Assembly (NCBI GenBank): GCA_965205505.1
Contig: CBDBHB010000007.1
Location: 640,001-704,000 of the forward strand
Length of the DNA stretch: 64,000 nt
Source of the DNA: Acidobacteriota bacterium
GTDB taxonomy: Bacteria; Acidobacteriota; UBA890; WLXD01
Direction of reading: 5' to 3'
Position numbers and translations under genes: made by a program. The notes below the pieces were generated by a model. The model saw only the letters and a list, made by a program, of their open reading frames with translations, made no database searches and was not told the origin of the DNA. Within the stretch, counting starts at the first letter, position 1; each line of letters opens with the position of its first letter. Positions 8,594 to 19,596 of the stretch are shown piece after piece.

Positions 8594-10324
8594 CTAGGAA
8601 TCGGTCTTCAGCAGGACGTTGCCTGCGAGGGCGCCCGCGTAGCGGCCGCTGTCGATGGCCACCACGCCGTTGACCAGCACGAATTCCACCCCCGTGGCGT
8701 ATCGATTGGCTCGAGCGTATGTGGCGTGATCGGAGATCGTGGTCGGGTCGAAGACCACGACATCGGCCTTGAAGCCTTCCAGAAGCAGGCCGCGATCTTC
8801 CATTCCCAGAAACTGCGCCGGCAGCGAGGTCATCTTGCGCACCGCGTCGGCGAGCGTCAGCAATCCCTCTTCGCGAACGTACCGTCGTAGCACAACGGAT
8901 TGACTCGCGAACGACCGTGGATGGGCACGCACCGGCGGGGCACCTTCGCCCACCGGGGCAAATCCGCCACCGTCGCTACTTATCATCACCCAGTCCTGAC
9001 CCATCGCGTGCCGCATATCGTCCGGCGACTGCGAGGCTGCCGCGTACAGCATGTCGGGTTCTTCGAGGGCCAAGTCGGCAACGATGTCGAAGCCGTCCCT
9101 GCCCTGTTGGTCAGCGATCTCATCGAGCGTCCTCTCGAGCAGCTCGGGATGTTTGTCGGTGACCTTGATGCGAAAGTCCTGCCAGCCCCAGCGCGCCACC
9201 CAGCTGGGATCTGCCCGGCGCGGCTCGTAGGTCGATTCGCGCAGTCGGGCGCGCAGCGCGTCATCGCGGAGCGCCTGCTGCAGCTCCGCTACGAACTCGC
9301 GCCGGGCCGCATTGCGTTCCCGTAGGGAAACGCCGGTAGCGAATACGCTCCGCCGCATCGCACTCCGCAAATCCGAGAGCGGCGCCAGATCGTCGGGAAT
9401 GTCGATCAGGTCGGTGATGAAATCGATCGGTGCGCCCTGGAGAAAGGGGTATTGATCGGCGGTGATCCGCACACCGCGCGCTCGCGCCTCGTTCACCATG
9501 GTTACGAGCCGGCGCATATCTCCCCAATTGTCGCGACCCGTGGCCTTCAGGTGGGTGATCTGCACCGGCACTCCAGCAGCTTCGCTGATGCGGATGATCT
9601 CGTCGGCAGCTTCGAGGATGCTCCCCGCCTCGTCGCGCATGTGCGAGATATACACGCCGCCGAACTCTGCCACTGGCTTGGTGACCTCGACGATCTCTTC
9701 GGTACTCACGTAAATGTTGAGCCCGCCGTACTCGAGCCCGGTGCTGATGCCCCAGGCACCCTCGCTCATTCCCCGCCTGGCGAGCGATCTCATCCGTGCC
9801 AGCTCTTCAGGGGTTGCCGGACGGAGATTGTCGTCGCCCATCACCTCACGCCGAATGGCATTGAACGGAACCATCATGACGGCGTTGGTGCCGATGCCGC
9901 CCGCTTCCCACCGGGCCTTGGTCTCCGCGACTAGGAAGCTGCCGGATCCGTCGCTACCCGTGCGCACCGTGGTGACACCCTGCACCAGGTAGTTGATTAT
10001 CGCGTTGGCGTCGGCGCTATCGAAGGCATCATCGACGTGGGTGTGCATATCGATGAAGCCTGGCGCGACCACCAGTCCCTGCGCGTCGATGATCCGGGTT
10101 GCGCTGCGCCCCACCAGATCGCCGATCTGGACGATCGTGGCGCCGCGGATGCCGACGTCGGCACGGAACCAGGGGTTGCCGGTGCCGTTGATGATCCTGC
10201 CGTTGGCGATCAGCAAGTCGAAGTCGTCGGCGGGCGCTTGCGCACCGCTGGCCGGAGCGATCGTTGCGGCGACGAGGGCAAGAAACAGCGTGAGGTGTCT
10301 CATTGGTCGGATAGTCTTCGCCAT
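8594..10324 (-). CDS. Secreted N-acyl-D-amino-acid deacylase family amidohydrolase
   Basis: APGFIDMHTH, YISHMRDE, HPRSF, AVRKMTSLPA, ADVVVFDP; signal peptide. Confidence 0.9.
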   Translation of the reverse strand: MAKTIRPMRHLTLFLALVAATIAPASGAQAPADDFDLLIANGRIINGTGNPWFRADVGIRGATIVQIGDLVGRSATRIIDAQGLVVAPGFIDMHTHVDDAFDSADANAIINYLVQGVTTVRTGSDGSGSFLVAETKARWEAGGIGTNAVMMVPFNAIRREVMGDDNLRPATPEELARMRSLARRGMSEGAWGISTGLEYGGLNIYVSTEEIVEVTKPVAEFGGVYISHMRDEAGSILEAADEIIRISEAAGVPVQITHLKATGRDNWGDMRRLVTMVNEARARGVRITADQYPFLQGAPIDFITDLIDIPDDLAPLSDLRSAMRRSVFATGVSLRERNAARREFVAELQQALRDDALRARLRESTYEPRRADPSWVARWGWQDFRIKVTDKHPELLERTLDEIADQQGRDGFDIVADLALEEPDMLYAAASQSPDDMRHAMGQDWVMISSDGGGFAPVGEGAPPVRAHPRSFASQSVVLRRYVREEGLLTLADAVRKMTSLPAQFLGMEDRGLLLEGFKADVVVFDPTTISDHATYARANRYATGVEFVLVNGVVAIDSGRYAGALAGNVLLKTDS

Positions 10325-10337
10325 ACGGTCGAGCTGT

Positions 10338-11795
10338 CTACGATGATCTCTCGATCGCTTCGATCAACTTCGCGACAGCCACGTTGAGCGCCGCCTGTCC
10401 GGTCACGCTGCCTTGTGAGTGACTCAGTCGGGCAACTACCAGATCGTGGGTGGGCACGATGATGACCTGCTGTCCGCCGGCTCCGCTCATGTAATACGCG
10501 CTGCGCGGCGCGTTCCAGCGGCCATCGCTGTTGACCCAGAAAAGCCCACCGTACACCGGAGGGTCCCAGGCGGGTGCCGGCGTGCTCACGAAGTCCACCC
10601 ACCCCTCGGGCAGGATCCGCTCGCCCTCCCAGACGCCGTCCTGCAGGTACAGCAAACCAAGGCGTGCCCAGTTCCTCCCGGTGCCGTAGTCGTGACCCGT
10701 GAGAAGGAAGTTGCCGTAGGCGTCGGTCTCGAGCACCTGTTCGCGGATGCCTATGCGATCGAACAGAGCAGCCTGTGGCCAGGACAAGTAGCTCTCGCCC
10801 AGGCCCTCCACAGTTTGTCGGATGATGTACCCCAAGGTCAGCGGATCGGAGTTGCGATAGCGGCCCACGGTGCCCGGCGGAAACTCGGCGGGCACCGTGA
10901 TCGAAAGATTGAACGCGTCGATCGCCGCCGCGTATACGTAGAGGTGGTCGGGGACGCCGCGACCCCACTCGTAGGCCGGCTGGCTCGCATGGCTGAACCG
11001 CAAACCGGAGCTCATGCGCATCAGGTCGCTGACGGTGATCTGCCCGCGTGGATCCGCCGTGTCTTCGTGCCACAGCCCCACCGGCGCTGGACCGCCCAGA
11101 CTCAGGTGGCCCTGCTGAGCCAAGACACCGACCAGCGTGGCCGTGAGGCTCTTGCCCATCGACCAGCTCTCGAGCTGCGTGTTCTTGTCCGCACCCTGAC
11201 CGTAGCGCTCGGCGATGATCTGTCCCTCATGGACAGCCACGAACGCCGCCGTCAGCCCGTCGCCCTCGAAGGCGGCATCGACCGCCTGCCGGACCTTCGC
11301 TTGATCTAGCGCTTGAGACGGGGGCAGATCGGGGAGTCGGTCTCCCATCGGCCACGGCTGGTGCGCAGGATCCGGCAGCGAGCTCTCGACGGTCACGGGC
11401 TTGAAGAACACCTCATCCAGCCCGGCCGGCAAGATCACGCAGCCCTGATCGCCATGGTGCTTCGCCCGCCCGCTAAAGCCGTGCAGCGTGGCGCGCACGG
11501 TACGGGTATTCCTGTCGATGCTGAGCTCCGCGTCGGAGTCTTCTTCCGAGCGCGCCGCCAGCCGCTGCCAGTCGGCCTCCGGGAGAATTCGGCGCGCACT
11601 GTTGCGCAGCGCCTCGTCCACGTCACGTCCGGACACAAAGACCGCCGAACAGAGGATCTTGGCGACGCGATTCAGCGAGAATTCCTCTGATGCACGGGGT
11701 GCCTGACGGTGCCCCAGAGCGGACGACCAGACGACCGATGCGGATATCGAACCCGTGAGGATCAGTGCCGCGAAGCCGAGGCGTGCGACTCGCAT
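10338..11795 (-). CDS. Secreted beta-lactamase-family serine hydrolase
   Basis: SWSMGKS (SxxK), YRN, WARLGLLYLQDGVW; signal peptide. Confidence 0.9.
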   Translation of the reverse strand: MRVARLGFAALILTGSISASVVWSSALGHRQAPRASEEFSLNRVAKILCSAVFVSGRDVDEALRNSARRILPEADWQRLAARSEEDSDAELSIDRNTRTVRATLHGFSGRAKHHGDQGCVILPAGLDEVFFKPVTVESSLPDPAHQPWPMGDRLPDLPPSQALDQAKVRQAVDAAFEGDGLTAAFVAVHEGQIIAERYGQGADKNTQLESWSMGKSLTATLVGVLAQQGHLSLGGPAPVGLWHEDTADPRGQITVSDLMRMSSGLRFSHASQPAYEWGRGVPDHLYVYAAAIDAFNLSITVPAEFPPGTVGRYRNSDPLTLGYIIRQTVEGLGESYLSWPQAALFDRIGIREQVLETDAYGNFLLTGHDYGTGRNWARLGLLYLQDGVWEGERILPEGWVDFVSTPAPAWDPPVYGGLFWVNSDGRWNAPRSAYYMSGAGGQQVIIVPTHDLVVARLSHSQGSVTGQAALNVAVAKLIEAIERSS

Positions 11796-11819
11796 GTCGT
11801 CAGATCTCAGCCTCGGGGC

Positions 11820-13256
11820 TTAACGGCTGGGGTTCGCAATGAGCCAGGCGCGCCAGCGGGCGATGGCCTCCGCCTGCCGGTCGGGAGCCAGCGCGTCGAA
11901 CGCGAAGTCCTGACCGGTCGCTGCCTCGAGGGCCTCGTTGGCTTCGGCTTTCAGCAGCGCGGGATTGTCTCCCTCCATGAGCTGCAGGAGCGCGTCGTCG
12001 CCAAGCGTGCCGGCGTGGGTCACCAGGTTCTCCGCGGCGCGCAACCGAGCCCACGCGTCGGGAGCGTGAAAGGCGATCTCGTGCAACACGCTCAACGCGT
12101 CGGCTCCGGCAACCTGGCGCAGCGCCGCAACGTCGTCTTCCGTGAAGCTCACCCAACCCGAGGCCATGAGCTCGTGGATATCGACGCCCGACTCGGCGAT
12201 CACGCTCACCACCTGGGCGGCGGTGCCACTGCTGTTGCGCAGCTCGGCCAACGCCTGCGTGACGCGCTCCGCGCCGGTCGCCGGCGCCGCGGAGTCGGCA
12301 ACCGTGCTGGCGACGCTTCCCACGCCTCCGGTCAGCGGCGCGACGGCGCTGATCGGCGCGGTGCGGACGGCCACCAAGGTGGCGATCAGCGCCGCTATCG
12401 CGACGATTCCGACGCGCGCCAGGGCCGCGGCCGGCCGCGCCGCACTGGCCGTGTAGCGGGCCGTAGCTGCCAGCGCCATGGCGACGCCAAACACCCCGAC
12501 GACGGCCGGGCCGCTTGGCAGATCGTAGGCATACGAGAGCGCCAGGCCGATCATGCTCACGAGCATTCCGGTGGCCCAGCCGATCATCAGCCGCGACCGA
12601 ATCTGCGTGGCGAATAGCATGGCAATCACCGCAGGGATCACCAGGAACGAGAACACCAGCAGCACGCCGGCCATCGACACGCTCGATGTGATCACGAACC
12701 CGAACGACATGTAGAACAGGAAGTCCCACAGCCTCACGTTCCATCCCGACGCCTCGGCCTGAGCCGGGTTCATCGACAGCGCCAGGAAACGGTCGCGGTA
12801 CGCCCAGTGGAAGGCGCCGATGGCCGCGTAGATGGCGGCGGTGCCGAGAATCTTGCTCCACGGGACCCAGAGCAGGCTGCCGGCAAGCATGGCTTGGATC
12901 AGCTCGGACCCCTCGGGAGCGCGATCCGCGATGAGGATCGTCGCCGCGCTGGCAACCGCGAACGTGATCCCGATGATCGCCTCTTGAGGAACGCGTTGGT
13001 CCTTGAGTCGCGACAGCGAGAAGACGGTGGCGCCAAGAAAGGCAAAGGCCAGCGAGTACAGGTAGCCACCCGTGCCGGCGGCGTCGTACCCGAGCAGGAA
13101 GGCGAAGGTCGCACCCAGCGCAGCGACCTGCGCCAGCGCCAAGTCTACGAAGATCACGCCGCGCGCAACCACATGCAGCCCGAGATAGGTGTGAATCCCT
13201 GTCAGCACGAGGCAGGCCACGAACGGCGGCAGCAAGATCTCGAGCGCGAGCTCCAA
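11820..13256 (-). CDS. Metal ABC permease (ZnuB/ABC-3) with C-terminal HEAT-like extension
   Basis: HTYLGLHVVARGVIFVDLALAQ, GVLLVFSFLVIPA, DLPSGPAVV, then a soluble helical tail (RLRAAENL, ALEAATGQDFAFD, AIARWRAW). Confidence 0.85.
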   Translation of the reverse strand: MELALEILLPPFVACLVLTGIHTYLGLHVVARGVIFVDLALAQVAALGATFAFLLGYDAAGTGGYLYSLAFAFLGATVFSLSRLKDQRVPQEAIIGITFAVASAATILIADRAPEGSELIQAMLAGSLLWVPWSKILGTAAIYAAIGAFHWAYRDRFLALSMNPAQAEASGWNVRLWDFLFYMSFGFVITSSVSMAGVLLVFSFLVIPAVIAMLFATQIRSRLMIGWATGMLVSMIGLALSYAYDLPSGPAVVGVFGVAMALAATARYTASAARPAAALARVGIVAIAALIATLVAVRTAPISAVAPLTGGVGSVASTVADSAAPATGAERVTQALAELRNSSGTAAQVVSVIAESGVDIHELMASGWVSFTEDDVAALRQVAGADALSVLHEIAFHAPDAWARLRAAENLVTHAGTLGDDALLQLMEGDNPALLKAEANEALEAATGQDFAFDALAPDRQAEAIARWRAWLIANPSR

Positions 13257-13312
13257 CGTCTACCTCCGAGTGTCGATGCTCTGTTCGTCAGCGGCCAGGC
13301 GGACCCGCTACC

Positions 13313-14407
13313 TTACCCGGCGCAGTCCGGGAACGCGCCACGCAGCGCGCCGATCCACTCATCGTACAGATCGAGAATGTCGCCAGGTCCATCGGTGGCG
13401 CCGGGGTCCGGATACAGTGGCACAGTGAGCGGTATTGCGCCGGTGCGCTCCCCGATCAGCTCGGGCACTCGGCGACCGAAATAGTCCGCCACCCACAGGA
13501 CCCCGATCTTCTCGCGTCGGATCAGGTCCACGAGCTCGGCGACGTGCGCCGCCGACGGTGGGATCCCGGGGCGGCGCTCGACGTACGCGGCGATGTCGAT
13601 TCCGAACCTGTCCATCAAGTAGACCCAGTTCGGATGATACGCAACCAGCCGTTTGCCCCGCAGGCACGAGGCTTCGGCCATCCAGCCACCCAGGCGGTCC
13701 ACAAGCGGAGCGCCGCCGAGGGAGGTTGACTCGAGGAACGGCAGCAGCCGGTGGGCCATCTCGAGCTGTGCGAGCTTGTCGCCGCCAACCAGGCCGACGA
13801 GCTCCTCGCCGAAGAGCCGACGATGCACGAGCTCCTTGTAGGCGTCGAAGCGTTGCTGGTACAGGCCGGCGTTGCCCGGATCGACGCGTTGCAAGCCGAC
13901 GCGGATGTTGTCGGCAAGGGTCACAGAGCGCAGCGGATCGGCGTGGACGTGCGGGTTTCCGTAGATATGGATGTCGCCGCCTGCCCGGCTCGGGTTGTCG
14001 GGCACGTCAAGCATCGGCACGCCGTTGGCCACCGCCACGAAGCCTGGCTCACCCGACCGCACCTGGCGATTGCGCGACTTGTCGACCACCGGAGCCAGCC
14101 AGAGCTCCAGGTCGAGCCCGGTGGCTATCAACAGGTCGGCGCGGCCGATGCGGATCGAATAGCTCGGCTTCGGCTGCACGAAATGGGCATCCTGGTGGGC
14201 GCTTGCGATCGACCCGATCTCGGCGTCGTCCGCCAGTAGGTGGCGGGCGATGGCCTCATACGCCGGTAGCGTAGCGACGACCCGGAGCCCTTGCTGGGCT
14301 GCGTCGGCGATACCGCGCTGGGCTGCGTCGGCGATGCCGAGCGCGCTTGCGCCGATGAGGGCGGTCGCGACAAGTGCCGCTGCGGCGATTGGATACTTTT
14401 GGTACAT
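13313..14407 (-). CDS. Metal ABC substrate-binding protein (ZnuA/TroA family)
   Basis: QDAHFVQPKPS, ADLLIATGLDLE, GDIHIYGNPH, YHPNW. ATG 14407 overlaps the upstream TGA. Confidence 0.9.
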   Translation of the reverse strand: MYQKYPIAAAALVATALIGASALGIADAAQRGIADAAQQGLRVVATLPAYEAIARHLLADDAEIGSIASAHQDAHFVQPKPSYSIRIGRADLLIATGLDLELWLAPVVDKSRNRQVRSGEPGFVAVANGVPMLDVPDNPSRAGGDIHIYGNPHVHADPLRSVTLADNIRVGLQRVDPGNAGLYQQRFDAYKELVHRRLFGEELVGLVGGDKLAQLEMAHRLLPFLESTSLGGAPLVDRLGGWMAEASCLRGKRLVAYHPNWVYLMDRFGIDIAAYVERRPGIPPSAAHVAELVDLIRREKIGVLWVADYFGRRVPELIGERTGAIPLTVPLYPDPGATDGPGDILDLYDEWIGALRGAFPDCAG

Positions 14408-15915
14408 CAATACTTCTCGTGCTTGTGTGGCCCGAGAGCCCAGATTACCTGGATCGAGAAGCGGTTGTCGCGGTCTTTGTCCTCGAGGCGACGCGAACCA
14501 TAAGAATACTGGAAACGGAGCTTCGCCCACTCGCTCTGCCACCACTCGGCATACGGGGTGAGGCCCCAGACGCTCTCGCCAGGCTCGTCGGGCAGCTCGG
14601 TGAAGTCGCCCCGTAGGCCAATGCTCCAACGCGGTCCGAGCTTCCGAGTGGCAAACAGGTACCCGCCCCAGCTGCCGAGGACTCCGTCGGGCCTCTCACG
14701 GCGCTCGTAGAGAACTTCGCCGCGCAACTCGAGCCCCTTGTACCGGGCCTCAGCGGGTGGCGACCAGACGAGGTTGACGTCTGCGCCCAGCACCCAGCTG
14801 CGGAACCGGCCGTCGGCATCGTTGACGCCGGTCGCCGCCGACAGGCCGAGCTCGAAGTAGGTCGATGGCGACAGGTCCCAGTAGTTGGTTTCGTGCAACG
14901 TGATCACGGGAGTGTCGAACCCCCGTCCCGAGAACGCGACGTCGTTGTCGTCGTTGGTGACCTGGACCCACAGCTCGTTGTAATCGCCCAGGAAGGTTGG
15001 CGGCAGCCACGAGAGCGAGACGCCGAGGCCCGCCAGCCCTCCCTCGCCCAGGAACGCCCGATGCGCCAGCGGCCGGTCGACCTGCGGCAGGGCGTGGTTG
15101 TGCCAACGGTTCAACTTGCCGAAGTCGTTGCGGAACCTCCCGAACTTCACTCCCAGCCCACCGGGGAGCGTGGTCCAGTCGATATAGAGCTCCTCGGCGC
15201 CGACCTCGCCGTCCTCCTCGACGAGGAAGGCGCGCGCTTGCGAGAATGGATCGAGCGGCGCCTGGAACGCCACCTCGAACTCACCGAGTGTAAAGCGGTT
15301 CACCGTCGGGTCGCCCGACCGATCCGCCCAGGTGCCGAATACGTCGCCCGAGACGGAGATCTCGGGGTTGAGCTCGCGCATGTTGCGAGCCCGATCGGTG
15401 AACTGCCGATCGTCGGCCGTAGGTGCCGACGCCGGCGTGGCTGCTTCCTCCGGCTGGTCTTCCAAGGCGGCCAGGGCGCGCGCCAGCTCGTCCTGGAACG
15501 CGGCGCGCTCGGCGTTCTCCGGTGTCGGCGCGGCCTCCTGCCCGGCAGCGTCAGGCCGCATCTCTTGCGGTGCGATCAGGCGCTGCTCCAGCTCCTCGAG
15601 CCGGGTCCCGAAGCGCTCGTTCGTTTGCTGCAGCGACCGCTCCAAGGCGGCCACACGCGCCTCGAGGGCGGCGATACGCTCGGCATCACTTTGCTGCCGT
15701 GCGAGGGTGGTTGGCTGCGAGGCGTGCGCCGTCTGCGGACCGAGCCAGACGACCGCCGCGACCGCGGCTACCACCAAGCAGCCCTTGCGGGCCCGACCCG
15801 GACGATGCGCGCGACACACACCCGATGTTGACTTGCGCGGCTGACGAGGTGTCCGATTCCATACCCAGTGCATCATCCGATCGACTCCCGAGGTGGGTAG
15901 AACGAAGCTCCGCAT
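14407..15915 (-). CDS. Outer-membrane beta-barrel with N-terminal coiled coil, metal-uptake associated
   Basis: Signal peptide, coiled coil, LNPEISV, FGKLNRWHNH, amphipathic strands, C-terminal GPHKHEKY. Start uncertain. Confidence 0.75.
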   Translation of the reverse strand: MRSFVLPTSGVDRMMHWVWNRTPRQPRKSTSGVCRAHRPGRARKGCLVVAAVAAVVWLGPQTAHASQPTTLARQQSDAERIAALEARVAALERSLQQTNERFGTRLEELEQRLIAPQEMRPDAAGQEAAPTPENAERAAFQDELARALAALEDQPEEAATPASAPTADDRQFTDRARNMRELNPEISVSGDVFGTWADRSGDPTVNRFTLGEFEVAFQAPLDPFSQARAFLVEEDGEVGAEELYIDWTTLPGGLGVKFGRFRNDFGKLNRWHNHALPQVDRPLAHRAFLGEGGLAGLGVSLSWLPPTFLGDYNELWVQVTNDDNDVAFSGRGFDTPVITLHETNYWDLSPSTYFELGLSAATGVNDADGRFRSWVLGADVNLVWSPPAEARYKGLELRGEVLYERRERPDGVLGSWGGYLFATRKLGPRWSIGLRGDFTELPDEPGESVWGLTPYAEWWQSEWAKLRFQYSYGSRRLEDKDRDNRFSIQVIWALGPHKHEKY

Positions 15916-16011
15916 AAGTGAGACCGATCATGTCATCCGGGCGACGCCGGAGCACGGCGCGCTGCATGCGGAGAGAAGCGGAAGCTCGGTGGGGGCGGGG
16001 TCGCCCCCTGC

Positions 16012-17617
16012 TCAGCCGGCGCAGGCCCTCTCCCACTGCTCGCGCAGCAACGAACTTCTTGATCTTGCCCGACGGGGTCAACGGAAACTCCTCGACCCGC
16101 ACCCACACCGAAGGCGTCTTCTGCGGCGACAGATGGTCGCGGCAATAACTGTGGAGCTCGACGTCGGCCGCGGGGTCGCCCGGATCGGCATCGCGCACGA
16201 AGGCGCCGACGACCTCGCCCCACTTGGCATCGGGCAGACCGACCACCACCGCGTCTGCGACCTTGGGGTGCTCGAACAACAGCTCTTCGATCTCGCGCGG
16301 ATAGATGTTCTCGCCGCCACGGATGATCATGTCCTTGAGCCGGCCGGTGATCGTAGTGTATCCGCGCTCGTCCATCGACACCAGGTCGCCGGTGCACAGC
16401 CACCCGTCGTCGTCGATCGTTTCAGCGGTCATCTCCGGCATCTCGAAGTAGCCCAGCATTACCAGATAACCACGCACGCAGAGCTCGCCCTCAATGCCAA
16501 TCGGCTGGGTCTTGCCGGTCTCCGGGTCGATCACCTTGATCTCGGTCTGCGGCAATACCGGGCCGAGCGTGCTGGCCTTGTCTTCATTGCTGTCGTCGAG
16601 GCGCATCAGGGTCACGCCCGGTGACGTTTCGGTCTGGCCGTAGATGATCGACAGGTCGACGCCCAGCGTGGTCTCGATGCGCCGCACCAGATCGGCCGGC
16701 ACCGTCGCTCCGCCCGAACACACGGTGCGCACGGTCGACAGGTCGACCTCGGAAAAGCTCGGGTGCTCCATCAAAGCGATCAGCACCGTCGGTACGCCCA
16801 GTAGGTGGGTGGCGCGCTCGCTCTCGGCAAGTTCCAGCATCAGGCCGGGTTCGAACTGCACCAGGTTGACCAGCTTGGCGTGCGCCTGGCAGGACCCGAG
16901 CACCGCGAGCACGCAGCCTGCGGTGTGAAAAAGCGGAAACGGATTGATGTAGACGGAGCGCGGATCGATGCGCAGTCGCTCAGCGAAGAAGCGGGCGTTG
17001 TTGGTGATGCCGCGATGGTGAAGGTAGGCGCCCTTGGGGAAACCGGTGGTGCCCGAGGTGTACTGAATCTGCGCCGGGTCACCAGGCTGCACCTCGGGCA
17101 GCTCGGCGTCGTCGTCGGCCGACGCCAAGAAAGCGTCGAACTCGTCGAGCGAGACAATCTCGCGCAGCTCCGGGAGATCGCCGACCACCTGCTGCAAGTG
17201 CTCGTGCATCGGATTGCCGCGGAAGGCGGGCGTGTAGAAGATGCCCGAGGACCGTGATTGGCCGAGCACGTACTCGAGCTCCTTGGCCTGGAAGGACGGA
17301 TTGACCGTCACCAGCACGACCCCGGCAAGCGCCGCCCCGTACTCCAGCAGCACCCACTCCGGGATGTTGGGTGCCCATACCGCAACCCGCTCACCCTTCT
17401 CGAAGCGCGCCGTCAGGGCGCCAGCGATGGTCTCGGCGTCGCGCAGCAGCTCGGCATAGGTCCAGCGCCGGCCGCCGCCGGGAGTGCCCTCGACCAGCGC
17501 CACGTTGTCGGGGGCGCGCGCTGCCGCATCGCGCAGAATCGAGGCCACGGTGGTCTCGAGCACCGGTGAGCTCTCGTCGGCAGCGACACAGCTCTCGCTG
17601 AGGGGAGCCTCGATCAT
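16012..17617 (-). CDS. Acyl-CoA synthetase (AMP-binding) with an apparent 1-nt insertion near the 3' end
   Basis: QYTSGTTGFPKG, YGQTETSP, TGD, IIRGGENIYPREIE, PLTPSGKIKK. Removing one base at 16049-16050 gives KFVLREQWERACAG* ending at 16012, followed by a GC hairpin near 15990-16009. As given, the ORF reads through to 15686. Confidence 0.85.
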
Positions 17618-19476
17618 TCGATTACCGGCAACACCAGATGCGACGGGTATTGTGCGGAATGGTGCAGCCCTTGATGCGCTACCACCCACTCCGTCTCGTC
17701 GTAGTTGTTGCCGCCGGTATTCAAGTTGCGATCGAAGCGCGGAAAGCTGGAGCTCGACACCTCCAGGCGAATCCGATGGCCCGGGCCGAAGTAGTTACCG
17801 GTGGCGTGCAGATCGAGGCGAATCTCGTAGACCTCGTCCTGCTCGATCCACACTTTCCGGTCGAATCCCTCGCGGTAACGCATTCGCTGGGCGCCTTCTT
17901 GCACGTTGAATGCCCTGCCGTCCGGATAGACGTCGACCAGCTTGGCCATGAAGTCGGTGTCCTTCGCCGATGACGAAACGTAGAGCACCACTTCGAGCTG
18001 CCCGGTCACCTCGATGCCGTCTTCGAGCGCCGCCGACGTGTAGACGAGCACATCGTTGCGCATCTCGATCTCCGACTGGTCGAAGGCCCCGGCACCGGTG
18101 TTCATCCCGGTGCAACAAGCCTGTCCCCCGAGCGATGGAACCGGGGCAGCCGGATCGTAGACGAAACGATCGGGTGGCTCCTCGCCCGGCAACGACAACG
18201 ACGCCGTGCCATCACCGTAACGGCTGTTGGCCCGACCGTCGCTGTGTAGATAGTACCGACGGTACGTGGTGTTCGGCAGCGGCCACTCGTTGGCGCTGCG
18301 CCATTCGTTCTTGCCCATCAGGTAGTACTGCACCTTGGGCATGTCGGTGATGCCGTTGTCGACGCCCTTGAGCCAGCGCTCGTACCAGCGCAGGTATATG
18401 TCCATGAAGTCGCGTCGCGCGTCGCCCAGGTCTCGCTCACCGATGATCGTATGCTCGGTCGCCCGGTCCCAGCCGCAATGAGTGGTGGGGGCGATGATTA
18501 CGAACTGATTGTCGCGCCCCCGATCGCTGACCGCATTGCGCTGAAAGAGGTTGAACAGCTCCATGGTCTCTGCAACGCCGTAGTCGTACCAGGAGTCGAA
18601 GAAGATGGCGGGAACATCGAACCGATCGGACTCTCCAACCCAGTCCAACTCGTGAAAGTAGGGGGCCTCCGGATTGTTGGAGACGAAGTCCTCGTAGTCT
18701 GTGGGCGGCGCCCCGGACTTCTTCAGAATATCGACGATCGGCAGCGTCTTGAGGAGTGAGTGGTCAGTCTGTCGACGCTCGGGTGTGGATCGGAAGAGCT
18801 CTGCCGCGTCGGAACGAAACCACTCTTGCCGATTCGCCCAGGCGGGCGGTCCGTAATAGACCTTGGTGCCACTTCCAGAGAACCAGCCGGCTGTCTGAGC
18901 AAGCTCGAAGACCCCACCGTCGTACGAGACCCAGGGGCGCCCGTGCGCGTAGTAGCCGGTGGTCGAGGCCATCGGCATTGCCGCAACATGGCTCGGATGC
19001 TGCGTCGCCGCCAGCACGACCTGTACATCCCCGAGGTAGGAACATCCATAGGTCGCAACCTTCTGGTTTGACCACGGCTGCTCCACCAGCCAGGTCACGG
19101 TGTCGTGACCATCGTTGCGATCACCGGTCGATGGCTTGTAGACACCCTCCGATTCGAACCGCCCCCGCATGTCTTGGATGGCCACCGCGTAGCCTTCCTC
19201 CACGAATCGCGACACCATTCGGCTGCCGCCGCCCTTGCCATACGGCGTGCGGATCAAGATGGTGGAGAGCCCCTCCGTAACACCTTCAGGAAAATACAGA
19301 TCTGTCGAGAGTCCCGCGCCATCGCGCATCGGGATCATGTTGCTGCGTTCCTTGGTGATCGCAACGTCCGAGTCCTGGGTGGTGCGCTGACCCCAGCCAG
19401 CCGCTCCTCCCGGGGCTGCGAGGCAGACGATCAGAATCGCAATCGATAGAACGAACAACCTGCGGCCGATGCCCAT
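17614..19476 (-). CDS. CocE/NonD family hydrolase, secreted
   Basis: IRTPYGK, QDMRGRFESEG, YGCSYLG nucleophile motif, SSSFPRFDRNLNTG. Confidence 0.92.
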   Translation of the reverse strand: MGIGRRLFVLSIAILIVCLAAPGGAAGWGQRTTQDSDVAITKERSNMIPMRDGAGLSTDLYFPEGVTEGLSTILIRTPYGKGGGSRMVSRFVEEGYAVAIQDMRGRFESEGVYKPSTGDRNDGHDTVTWLVEQPWSNQKVATYGCSYLGDVQVVLAATQHPSHVAAMPMASTTGYYAHGRPWVSYDGGVFELAQTAGWFSGSGTKVYYGPPAWANRQEWFRSDAAELFRSTPERRQTDHSLLKTLPIVDILKKSGAPPTDYEDFVSNNPEAPYFHELDWVGESDRFDVPAIFFDSWYDYGVAETMELFNLFQRNAVSDRGRDNQFVIIAPTTHCGWDRATEHTIIGERDLGDARRDFMDIYLRWYERWLKGVDNGITDMPKVQYYLMGKNEWRSANEWPLPNTTYRRYYLHSDGRANSRYGDGTASLSLPGEEPPDRFVYDPAAPVPSLGGQACCTGMNTGAGAFDQSEIEMRNDVLVYTSAALEDGIEVTGQLEVVLYVSSSAKDTDFMAKLVDVYPDGRAFNVQEGAQRMRYREGFDRKVWIEQDEVYEIRLDLHATGNYFGPGHRIRLEVSSSSFPRFDRNLNTGGNNYDETEWVVAHQGLHHSAQYPSHLVLPVIE

Positions 19477-19596
19477 GCAACACGCTCCCTGTCTGCCAGA
19501 CGCTCATCTCACGGAAATCGCGAGCACTATCAAACCACAAGGTAGGGGCCTGGCAACGGAGATCATCCCGAAGAGCGCATTTGAACTCCGGACGAG

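Noticed and set aside
15686-16011. Long C-terminal extension of the acyl-CoA synthetase
   Set aside because: It arises from a single extra base near 16050 and overlaps the next gene; the natural stop is at 16012.
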